The position numbers and the translations under genes are program-made. Of a stretch of DNA of 64,000 nucleotides, positions 13,801 through 24,765 are shown piece after piece. The DNA comes from Yuukianura sp. NJ FZ-2021. Lineage: Eukaryota. Where the stretch lies: NCBI GenBank assembly GCA_046563655.1, contig CM102290.1, positions 1,488,001-1,552,000 of the forward strand. The letters are read 5' to 3'. Below the pieces are notes generated by a model. The model was not told the origin of the DNA. It saw nothing but the letters and a program-made list of their open reading frames with translations, and searched no databases. Numbering within the stretch: the stretch's first letter is position 1; the number at the start of each line of letters is the position of its first letter.

Positions 13801-16800
13801 TTCACTCTATTGATTTGTTTATTCCTACTTTGTAAACTCATGGCATGAATATCTAATGCCTACCCAACACAACTTTATCCACACAAAAACTTTATCTTCC
13901 AATCTACTACATGAGCTCTCAAACTTTAAAATTTTCAACATCTTTCTTTCCCTACTTCTCTTCTTCTCAGGGAAAGTGTCCGAAGCAAGTCTGGAATAAT
14001 TTGGTCTCCTTTAGATTACCCTTACTCGCGCAACCACAATTTAGATTAGGTTAAGTCAGGCAGAAGATAAAAATCATTATCACAGGAAACAAAAACAAAT
14101 GCAAAATGAAAATAAATGCTTGTCAACATTTGCAAATTTCAACAAATGCCTTTCCCTCCAATGAAAAACAAAAGTATTGGACTGCTACATACCTCAATTG
14201 AACCAAAAAATCAGAAAAATGAGATGATTACTGTTACCGGTTGAATGTATTTCGTCACTACGTCCCAGTCAAATCAATTGAAGTGATTTAACATAAGGTT
14301 TGTGAGGTGCCTAACCCGATTTTACGCATCAATGATCCGAAGAGGAGGCGTAGGGCTAGGAGTAAGTGCTTTGATGTACTGCTTCATTCGAGCCTTTTCT
14401 CAGCCCAAGAAGTCAATTCCCCCGTTTACTTCCACACCCTTTCTCTAACACAAACTTTCCTTTATGTTCCTTGTCTCTCAATTGTAACTATACGACTACG
14501 AACAAAAAAAGTAAAGCAGAAGAGGAAGAAAAATGGGAGGGGGTTAACTGCGTCCCCCCTTCCCTCCATTGTTCATTCTTTTTCCAAAAACAAACAAAAA
14601 CCTAATGGTTACATCCTCTCCAGTTTCCTGGTCCTTAAGCCCTAAATAATTTCCAAACTTTTCTCCGTACACAACACACCACAAGTCCTACTTGTCGTTT
14701 TAAACTTTCCCGCTCAACCCGCGCTTCATCACTTTCTCTGCTGCCGTTCCTAAACTTTCTCCTCTCGTTGTTTACCTTCCCACAAATCCAGATAAGCCAG
14801 AAACGTGACTCTGGCAGATTCTGATTTCCGAAATTATTTTGAGTCTAGTACAAGCGCTTTCTGTTGCCTTCTAAGCATAAAAAAAAGTAAGCGCACCTTA
14901 GTGGAGGCGGCGACTGAGACAGACGGCTTGACAGGTGATAAGGAAAACAAAAGAGTCCATTTACTATTACACAACCTGCGCGGGAGAAAGCCTGGCTGAG
15001 GGTTATTGGGACAGGTTGAGTCGAGAGTGACAGGTTTACCAATCGGTTTAGCATCCATTCATTTTGAATGAAATGAAGAAAGCGCGCGTTTTTTCTTCTA
15101 AATTGGAGAATAATGGGGACTTGGGTTGTTGAGGAAGCTTTGAATTTTGAATGGCGGCTCTGATTAAAAAGTAAAGCGTAGAGATTGGGATTGACTGACA
15201 GGAAAAACACGCCTAGTGAATTTGAGTGAATCCAACGGGAGTTTCCATTACACTAATTTGTCTTCTGTCGTGACATTGAAGGACGTTCATCATTGCACTG
15301 CAAAGTGTGTAATGGATGAAGAGCCACTTTTTAGTGGACTGTGATGTGACCATCTCGTGTCAAATCCCCCTCCGGACTCACTTTGTTTCAAAAACAAGTC
15401 GGGTGTCACAGTACAACATTCCTAGGTTGACCAACACCATTTTTAAATTTCAACGTCGGAGTCTCAGAAAAGTTTACAAAACACATACGACGGCAGCCGA
15501 ACTTATGTTGTTTCATACTTTATACATAGCACCCGTACTTAAGTGTTAAAAAAATTCCACTCACTTCTTAAACAGACACATTGCTATGAATCCATCAACT
15601 GAAAAAAAAATTCACAGCAGACTGTTTCCATGCAACACTGATTTAAGTAAGTACTACAATAGTTAACCATAACTGCAACTGTCGCTAACCTGTTTTGCTT
15701 CGCTTTTGCTCTTAATGCTGCCAATTGTTTTAGCAAGGTTAAGAAAAACCCGTGTACATAATTCCAGCCGAAATAATACAATTTCGACTGGAATGTCAGT
15801 GTGGCCTGGAAGACTTTCCAGAGCTGTAGGTTCATAGCCCAAGAAATTTGGCAAAGGAACATTGGCAAGTGTTGTGACTGAATAGCCTTCAACTGAAGTG
15901 AACAGTTGCATCATTGCATGGAAGTGTATAAGGTATACCAGGATAGCTACTATGCCCTTTGGTCAAACTACATTAAAAGCCTAGACAATGATTGGGATTA
16001 CCCAACTGCCAATTCACCTTCAGCCAAAGACTTTCTCGGTCACTGAAATATTCCAATAGATTTTCCATATAGTATTAGTCGCCACAACATGAGGCAAGAG
16101 CATGTAAACCCTGCCCCTTGGCAAGGGCACCGCAGCGATGGCGGTCAGTATCAAAAACCCTGTTTAAAAAATGCATTCGATGGCTCTTCAGCTGGTCACG
16201 GGAAATGCTTTCTCTCTGAAATGCTCCTACACACGCAGAGTGTGAAAGTACTTTCCCTTTCCTACCACTACCACCTTCGACTGTTACCTTACGCTAACCT
16301 AACTTCACCTACCACATCCACTATTGATTCTTGCGTTCTTACGCCATTAGCCAAACAGGAATTGACATTACAAATTACTGGAAATCATTTCCTCTGTGGT
16401 CATTCTCGTTTCAAACGCCACCACGCCACTTATTGTTCTGGCATGGACCCAGCACAACAATTCATCTAACGAAACTTCTTGGCTTACTTTAGATTTCACC
16501 TGATTCCTACTGGTGAGGGTGACCCCATTGACTTTGTTCGGAGTTGATACGATGTTCGTTTCGTAGAATGTTCCTCAACAAATCAATAAATTCAAAAGTC
16601 AAGTTGAATATTTGATGGATCAAATGACCACATGTCCGCCCCTTGTCTAGCAAAAGGGAATTGACAAATCTTGTCCAATTTTTTCTTGTCAGTATTCTTC
16701 ATAATCCTTTCAACGGGAACGAAAATAGCACAGGAAATTTTAAAACCGCATTCTTTCTTTCCCACGTTTTCAGTCTGGAATTGACAATTTTTTTGAAATG

Positions 16801-19800
16801 AGAAAATGCTGGGACTTCCTGCGAACAAAGTTATTATAATTTTATTTTAAGGCGTCCAAAAATTTTCACTTCAAAAAACCTTATGTTCAAAATCAAAAGT
16901 TGAAAAAAATTGAATTTTAATATTTGACCAACGAAACTTAAAAAAAGCGTTCTGGTGAAAGGAAATCCATTTTTTTTTTACAAAAACGCCCCATAAGGGG
17001 TACCCTTCCGCCGGTGTAAGGTATTGGACATATAGAAGGAAAACGTTACTATTCCAAGCAAAACATTTTCGGTTCAAAATTTTTTGAAAATTAAAATTAC
17101 TCATATACGCCAGCTTTTATGTGAGAACCACGGCTCGACATTAAATTGAATTTTAATTCCAGTTATCCAAGTCCGTACAATAGGACAATAAATTTCCTGC
17201 TTCTAAATAGCATGCCTCTTAAGTACACTGCGCCACACCTATTTACATGACTGTGGGAGACGACAAGTGGAGGTAGGAAGTGTCGGAAATGTCACCTTTG
17301 TTTAATACAACAATCAACATGCACTCTCTTCACTCCTGACCTTACATTGATTGCTGTCCAGCATAAAGTAATGTTCCGAACAATTAACTCATTTCATTGA
17401 AAAAGTACAATTACATGAGGAAAGCAAATTTTGTTGTTAAGTTTCACAAAATTAACGCATGATTTCTTACTTGACAAAATCAGAACAAAAAAAAAATTGA
17501 AATCTTTGGTTAGTAAAATAGGGACTAAACTGGAAGATTTTTGATTCATGAGAGTGACATGACTTTGGTTGTAGCCGTTCCATTTGAAATTGGAAATGAG
17601 ACATTGATGAAATAAGGTGAAAGGGAATTAAAATGTTTTGCTGCTCGATGTCACTTTTAATTAGGACAACGTTTGGCAAAATTCGAAGCTAACCTAACCT
17701 CCTGAATAACTCAGAGCCAAAAGAGAGTTACTAGAAAGGCCAAACCGACGGCGAATTCCGTTTGCCTTGACGAGGAAATGAGACACTAATTGGACAACTT
17801 GATATAGACTTAGAAAATCCGCAACAGGATTCCGAAACCCATGATTAGGCCAAGTCAAAGCTTCGTCTTGGACAAAATTAAATTCTACCGCTCCACTTTG
17901 CACAACTTTCACAAGCGAATCCTATTGCGCCTCTATCAGCCAAAAAGACACGGTGTGTTATGGTTAAAACATGGGCCAATCCCGGAACTTTCACCTTCCT
18001 CTTCCTCCTCTATAGGTGCATTGACATTGAAACTGTTCTTCTGAAGGATTCGGAGGAGCTTCCTTCCAGAATCTTTACAAAGTCATGCTGATGCTGCAAC
18101 CCTGAAAGTGGTGGGTCCATGGCGGGAAGCATAGCGTAATCTCCTTTGGTGGATCCGTAGTAATGGCCTCTGGGTTTTAAATGACTATCCTCTAATTTAC
18201 CTTCTCTTTTTCTATTATTTGTCTTGAGAGTTAAGGAAGAGACGGAGAGGGTTGCTGCAGAAACTGAGTCTGTCCTTGGGGCAGCATAAGACTCTCCAAA
18301 GCCAAAAAACTTTATACCCGCATTCCTTTTTTATGCTTTCTCTCTTCATACACCAAAAATTGAGTCATCAGCCCTTGAGTCTATAAAGCCAACCACAGAG
18401 CGTCATCCTTTCCTTCACAAGAAACCCTACAAGAGAAGCCTCTTCTAAAAATACCAGAGAAACCGAGAAGGGAAGACTTTTGTCTCGCATCTTCACAATT
18501 TCATTTTCATCCAACTTCATCTTCGCCTTTCTGTGCGTGTATTATTAGTTAAGACGTGGACTTTTTTTTTGCAACGTAAGGAAAATGGCTCATGTGACTA
18601 ATAAAGTCCCTAAACTTCAACTCCGAATAACCTCGTGCCGATGACTGCTGAAGTGCAATGAACTTAACATAACTGACTACACCTAGCCACAAACGAGTCA
18701 AATGATTTTGGAATTACTATTGTAGTTAGAACACAACGCAAGTTATGAATTGTCTATGCTTTGAGGTGTCCGTTAAAGACTTGGACTGGGGATGACCTGT
18801 GTCCTGTGTGACTGGAGGGTGTCATCCATTGTGCCGTTTGACAAAGGAAAAAACGATGCGGAAGTGAGTTGTTGTAGTGAACGCTGTGAAAGTCGGGAGT
18901 GAAAGTGAGGACGGGACAGGATTTGGAGCAGTTGTGTTTGTAGGAGCTTAGAGACTGTGTGTCTCGTACTGTACTTTCCCTCTGTCAACATGAACACTAA
19001 CTGGAGGTGACACTTGGCAGCTGACAGAAAGCATAGATTGGTTTAGGCCCTCCCTCCCTCGGGAAATCATTTATCTTTAAGGGAGAGCGGGAGTGAGGTC
19101 CCAAGACACAGAGAAAACTAAGGCACCAGGACACTTCCTAAGAACAAGGAAACTGCTTTCACCACTTCCCAACCCACCAACTGCCTTCACAATTCAGCAC
19201 GACAAATCAAACTCATCAAGGCACGCCCCCCTTAACTCAACCGGGCCCTTGATGAATCCTACAGAGACACTTTCCCCAAATGGGACAGGAAAAGGAACAA
19301 AATGCTAATTGATTCATGCAATCCTTCCACTTACAACGTCCTTCTCAACAGAAGTGGCTCAATTGGTCTCATTTCAATCGATGTTTCAAAAATGTCTCAT
19401 TTAGAATTCGACAAGACATAGTAACCAATGCAAACCAACCAGCAAAATGAATTATTCCAAGTGACATGTCACGTTAAGTAGTTTCAGACTGACAATTTCT
19501 AGTTAAGGCCTTTGTGGTAAGTTATGATGATTTTTTCAAAAAAAAAATTAGAAACAAATTGAGGTGTTGCTAGAAAACAAAAAGTTTTAAAGAAAACGCT
19601 TGTGTTATCGGGTTTTTACTAGTAAATCAATGACGATTTTCCACTTTCTTAAAGAAAATGAGATGGAAAACATTTCTTCCTTTCTTTTTAAGAAATAAAG
19701 GTTTGAGCTAAAAGCATACAAAAGTCAAGGTTACGATGGAATAGGTACAGTGACACGCAGTTGGTTCCTGTAGTGTTGGAACTAGATGTAAGTTAACATT

Positions 19801-22800
19801 CGCAGTAGAAGATCTGTGCTACTACAGTAAACAAACAGTCACCCACTTCATAATTCACGATTCAACTTTCACCTACACATGTGCTTTCACCTAGCCCCAA
19901 ACGAAGCGAAAAGATTCTTATCACGCCTACCTTCGATTATGAAAGTTTACCAAAGTTACGTTATGAAGAATGGACTAGCCTTTTAAATTCATTGCACCAA
20001 ACGCACACATGTAGTTTAAGCATCAGTAAAAATTTGTTTTTTCAACGTATAACCACGCAAACTTCACGAACTCGTCCTATTGAAAACCAAAATAAAACAA
20101 CTGGAAGCCAATCTAAATTCAGTCAATTAGGTTAACACTGGTCACAAGTTAGTGCTACTATTGGTGTGCTAACTAAGCATTCCAGTTCCTTACACTTTAG
20201 TAAACTTTCAATCGATATTTTATTTTTGTTCAGAACCTAACCTTTCTGTGAGAAAATTGTTTCTTGAATAATACACGAAAAAAACGACGTTCTCCAGGTC
20301 GCCTCAAATGTTCTAAACAGAAAATTTATTAGAATGCTTTCAAAAAAAATCGATGTGAACCCCCTGGTTATTTTCTACTTCACTTAAATTATACCCAAGT
20401 TTGTTGACCCTACGGTGCTAATAAGATCCAAGTCAACGAGGCTAGCTGGACTGGAACAATGATCAACTCAAGACAAACATACTCTCTTCATCCATTTCTG
20501 TTTCACTTGAGAGATTCCATTTGCACTTTTTCGCTTTTTATCGTGTTATGGCATCTACAACCACTTTTCCGGAATTTGTTTTGTCTGGGAACAATTGAAC
20601 ACGGCTTCGCACCTCATAAAAAATGAACAAGAAAAAAAAACTGAAAAAAGCTATTTCTTGGAGATAGAAAAATTGGACACTTTTCGTTCTTCCTTTCTTT
20701 TTTGTTCTTCCCATGTTTTCTGATGTAAAAATTCGCTAAATTAATGTAAATCCTCCGAAATCGATCGTAAACAGTTTAAGAAGATAAAAGTGACAAGAAC
20801 AAAAATTGGCTCTGAAAAGCGTTGCTATATTTCTCGTGGATAAATCTTAATGCAGGCTTAACAATAATTGATACCTCAAACATATTTATACCCCGAACTG
20901 CACTTCTTCAAACCAAATAAAATTGTTTTGAAATTCCAAAACCATTAAAAACAAAAATCAAAATCATTGGAACTAAATAATATCACTTAATAATAGCAAA
21001 ATCCAATAAATGCCCATAGTACATTCTTTTTAAATCTTACAAGTTTTTCCAAAAATTAGCTATGTTGCATCATATCTAGCTAGAATGTAGGTCAATACTG
21101 GAGTCGGAGCATGTGCTGGATTTGAATTGATTATCTGTGTGTATGTGTGTATGTTGGAGCCCTAGTACGAACAATGTTACGCTGAAGATTGAAGGCAAAG
21201 GAGAAACCTAATCTGACCATCAGCTATCGTCAGTTGTAAGTACTGGAACTAGGATCCATTATGACAGGCGGACTGGGGGGCTTGCCTTTGTAAGGCTGAA
21301 GGCACAACGTCCTAAATATACAAAGAGAGTCCTTTCTCCTCGGAAATGTAAACAGAAAGGTAAGAAAGCAAAGTGTCCAGCCGAATGCATTCGGTCTCAC
21401 TACTTTTGCTTTACAAACTGTAAGGAAGAGGAACCTTGTTTAAAAAAACGTAAGGAAACGGACTCAAACCCCTGAGTAAACAGACACTACGACTCGTTCC
21501 GGGGGAATACGGCATCCCATCTTCCATTTTTCATTGTCTTAGCACTCACTCTTACCAACTTACAGCTACACACACTCTCTGTATTTCCACACCGTCACTT
21601 TTACAAAATAACAAAAAACGAAATCCACTGTCAATATCATTTTTGTCAAAAGTTCCTTCGATCGATTTCATTAACAATTAAATTCTTCTCTCCCGTTACT
21701 ATTTATCACGCCAGCTTAAAAAGCTGTAATTTGCAAACCACGAATTTGAATTTTTGCGCCTACTGTTTAAAATTCCAGTTTTTCCACATGGGAATTGGAC
21801 TCGAAAAACTCCCAGTTCCAGCTTGTACTTTTAACTTTTAAAAGTTGTACCCTGTTTTCAATAAATGCAATTTTCGATTTTTTCATTTTGTATTATCACG
21901 TATGTCTACGAGTCAAACTCGGGAAAAGTCAAGTTCTTCTTATACGGATGAAAATGAATTTGTTACAGGTAATCAAAAGCAACTTGTCGGGACTCAAATA
22001 ACGTTGAAAGTAGTGTTTTTGTTGCCCTTGGAGACAGTCGCTAGTCCTACAGTAGAAGTAGTGAAAGTGAACTGACCAAGAGAAATCGTGCTATCAAGGC
22101 CAAGGACGCAGTGAAGGACAGTCTTTGTCGACTGAGCCATTTTCCTGGAAGATACCAACAACTTGTTCTTGAGTTCACAAAAGAAAGGGAAGCACCTTAG
22201 AGTTAGGTTAGAAGCAACCTACGTTAACTGAACGGGGAGGTTTGTAGTCATCAACAACGGAAGAACGGGACGAACTTCACAACTCCAGAGGACTTTCCCC
22301 TGCTCACTCCATGCAAAGGAAAAGAGGGAAAATATAAAATATACGAAACATCAAGCATACTTTGAATGATTGATGATGGCTTTCAATTCTTCCTAGGCCA
22401 CCAGACGTAACAACGTCAGCCATAGTGAATGAGACGGACCAAGGTGAGTGCATGTAGGGTATGAATAAGATGAATGTTCCGTTGGTTACAATAAGGCTAA
22501 CCACTAAACAACTTACAAATTCAAAATCAGGCGGGATTTCAAAATTAGTTGAGGAAAAATTGAGAAGAAAATCCTGTTAACGTTTTTTTTTTTACTGGAC
22601 TTCCATCCATAACTGCCTCGAATCCCTTTGTTTCACTTAGAAATCGCATTTTCTATGCACAAAGCACAATACAAACACTAGTGCTTTCAAGTTAAAAAAA
22701 AACTTCCAGGGGACTTTCTAAACTTCACACTCAGCTAACTGTTCAAACAATGAAAAAGTTTATTCATTAACATCCGTTGTTACACGTCAGGGTTTGTCAT

Positions 22801-24603
22801 AATGAGGAAATTTAGAATTGAAAAGATTTTTTATGATTGAAAATCAAACGAACAAGCAAACCGAATCCGACCAGTTGAACTTTCTCCAAATTTGAAATAA
22901 TTCAAAAAGGAACTTTTCGTTCTTCGGTTTCAATTTGAATAGAAAACAAAGGGAAATGGCCACCTTTTGTAAATAAGCAAAAAGGAAAAGTTTTTGATGC
23001 GTATCAAATTACTTGCAAAGCAAAACACAGAATACTCTATTTGTTCAAAATTTATGAAAATGATGTGATGCGTACCAGTTAAAGTTCACTACGTAGTAAA
23101 AAACGAACAACTTTACGTAGGACAAAAGTGACAAATTTTTTGATTTGAGGATTTTGAAACTTGTTGGCACCTTGATGGTGGGCGTTGAAAACGGTGAAAG
23201 GGAGTGTAGAAAACTTTAAACTGTCATTTCCATTTCGAAAGTGTGGCATGAATCAACGGGGGCAGAGTTTTTGTTACCCTATGACAATTGCAATTAAAGT
23301 TTTTGTTACTGGAGCGAGCTACAGATGAAGTTTTTGTTCGTAACAACGGAACTGGTATGGAATAATGTATCACACCATGCCTTCAATTTGTAATTCTACC
23401 TTATTAGTACATTTCTCAATTCTTATTAAGTACGGTCTCAAATTTCAAATTGTATCATATGTATCACATAACCAGATACCTGAACTTCTTGTGAAAAAAG
23501 TTTATAGTACTTGAGACAGTGTATCATCATGAGGAGAAATCTAGCCAAGTACGAGGTTTCGATTTACATAATTGCACATTTTCATTTCTTGAATTTCAAG
23601 TTAGTTCGTTCACCAAATCACAAAGTTTTTCGTGTCCTATTCCACACAAGCTAGTCTAATTCCCAGGAAACAAGCATAACCTAACCAAAGCTAAACTTAA
23701 GTTGAGCCACCCTACCTAACTAAACGTCAGAGAAACACAGACAAAGGAGGAAATTAGAAATTGTGAATTGTTGGGGTGGGTTTTAAGTGAGAAGTGCTTA
23801 ACAAACTTGTTAAATACTTATACACATATTCTAATGTTCCTTGACTTTGTGTTGTAATTAAGGGCCTCAGGGGTAATAATAGGATAGGTTCCTGTGGGTT
23901 CTCTGCATTTAATTCCTGTCCAACTTTGTCCGGGAAAGGAAGAAAACGAAGGTTATAAGGTCTGACCCAGCAGAACCACGGAGAGTCGGTACTAGAGCTT
24001 TAATTGCTTGTTCTCATGCATTTCAAAGGAGCGGCTTTTTCCAAATGCAAAAACAAAAGTTGGCCAGAAGGAGAGAAAGTTCCCTACACCTTTTCCGTGG
24101 GTTACATTTATTAAAGTAGGGCTAAGCATTATTTAAGTCTCCCTCCCTAATAATTCTGAGCCGCTCCCACAGGAGACTTGGGTTAATAACAAAAGTTTGG
24201 ACAAATCGTGCCCACTTTTCCAACGTAAACTTGCAGCGTAGGGAGCTTTTGACTGGCACTTTCTCAATCCGAATGCAAGAGGGAAAGTGCAAAGCTAAGC
24301 ACTTGGCTTCCTCCACCTCTGAATAAACTGGCTTCAGTTTCGTTATGTTGACCTACCTGGAATTTCAGTTGTAACGCCTGAGGCAGGTGAGGGAGGAACG
24401 TACTCAGGAAAGGCAGCGGGGGCAATGACCCCATGACCCGTATTCAGCGTATTACTCGCACCAGGGGAGGGGATGGGGTAAACGGGGTCACAACACTCAC
24501 GTTCCGGGAATTCACTGCCCTGTGTCTCCAGATGCCCACAGAGCATCAGGAATAGCACGGAGGTCAGTACAAGCCCGTGACCTCTGCCTAGCCTCACAAC
24601 CAT
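1639..24603 (-). CDS. Gfrl: GDNF family receptor alpha-like / GAS1-domain protein (Gfrl-like); spliced gene model with 7 coding exons in the window, 3' end truncated by the window edge
   Basis: Manual splicing gives GT-AG introns with matching phases (1,1,1,2,1,1) and no internal stop. The protein has an N-terminal hydrophobic signal, then domain 1 NCIQAQNFC...CGPEKVACTTLTVTKCQAALRTLQAFPYFFPTCLC...FDHPC (10 Cys), domain 2 TCDYAMDVC...MFGCIC...NYNPC (10 Cys) and partial domain 3 TCYTALQNC...AFCLCR (8 Cys). The C-x-C and terminal (N/H)PC pattern is typical of GFRalpha/GAS1 domains. The symbol is from recollected similarity to insect Gfrl, not a database search. Confidence 0.85.
2608..3192 (-). 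CDS. Gfrl: Gfrl-like coding exon 6: Cys-free His/Pro/Ser-rich low-complexity spacer (195 aa)
   Basis: Lies inside the longest ORF of the window (2552-3259) and is GC-richer than its flanks; acceptor ttcacAG|CC and donor TCG|GTAATT give 585 nt, phase 1-1, in frame with both neighbours. Exact boundaries are less certain than for the Cys-rich exons. Confidence 0.65.
3701..3822 (-). CDS. Gfrl: Gfrl-like coding exon 5 (C-terminal part of GFRalpha domain 2)
   Basis: Acceptor ttgtgcAG|G; encodes ELCHNAWTKLRLSPMFGCICPNGVARCVRLFKEVNYNPCV; donor TTG|GTAAGG; 122 nt, phase 2-1. Confidence 0.92.
4038..4185 (-). CDS. Gfrl: Gfrl-like coding exon 4 (N-terminal part of GFRalpha domain 2)
   Basis: Acceptor attccAG|AG; encodes EKDPYPVDALPTCDYAMDVCRQQPKCHQLYKDFKTHCPVSGSGVCKMDDG; donor GG|GTGAGA; 148 nt, phase 1-2. 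Confidence 0.92.
5923..6093 (-). CDS. Gfrl: Gfrl-like coding exon 3 (C-terminal part of GFRalpha domain 1); this frame is absent from the ORF track
   Basis: Acceptor ttttgcAG|TT; encodes VACTTLTVTKCQAALRTLQAFPYFFPTCLCREPSSDPACNAFREYLFDHPCAFVLEK; donor AAGG|GTAAGT; 171 nt, phase 1-1. Confidence 0.92.
12091..12213 (-). CDS. Gfrl: Gfrl-like coding exon 2 (N-terminal part of GFRalpha domain 1)
   Basis: Acceptor ttgttcAG|GA; encodes GVQTKTAAAIMNCIQAQNFCQDNAACSPILEIVPRVCGPEK; donor AAGG|GTAAGT; 123 nt, phase 1-1. Confidence 0.9.
24357..24603 (-). CDS. Gfrl: Gfrl-like coding exon 1: signal peptide plus EFPERECCDPVYP motif and Pro/Ser/Thr-rich linker
   Basis: ATG at 24603; MVVRLGRGHGLVLTSVLFLMLCGHLETQG has a basic N-region and hydrophobic core; donor CCAG|GTAGGT at 24357/24356; 247 nt, phase 1, which matches the next exon. 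Confidence 0.8.
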
Positions 24604-24765
24604 TGCAACTTTTTTTCTAGGTTAAAGTAGTTACGGTTGGAATCACTAAACAATTCCTAATATGCCACTTAACACATTTTTTGCACAGTGAAGGTTTCGG
24701 TCAATACAAAATCATTAATAAATGAGCGTACTCATTGTCGACGAATTTAGAAACTCGATTCCACG
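24604..24765 (-). other. Putative 5' UTR portion of the first coding exon, preceded by a candidate splice acceptor
   Basis: Minus-strand attgtttgtcttcAG|CGTGG at 24766/24765 looks like an acceptor, which would imply further non-coding exon(s) upstream. Motif evidence only. Confidence 0.3.

Noticed and set aside
14834..15058. Alternative first coding exon within intron 1
   Set aside because: The donor-like AAG|GTGCGC is phase 0 or 2 in the open frames, and the phase-1 frame hits a stop; incompatible with exon 2, and no convincing signal peptide.
15584..16469. Cluster of 83-126-aa ORFs in intron 1 (possible nested gene or retroelement relic)
   Set aside because: No recognisable motif, inconsistent strands and no supporting splice chain; cannot be supported without a homology search.
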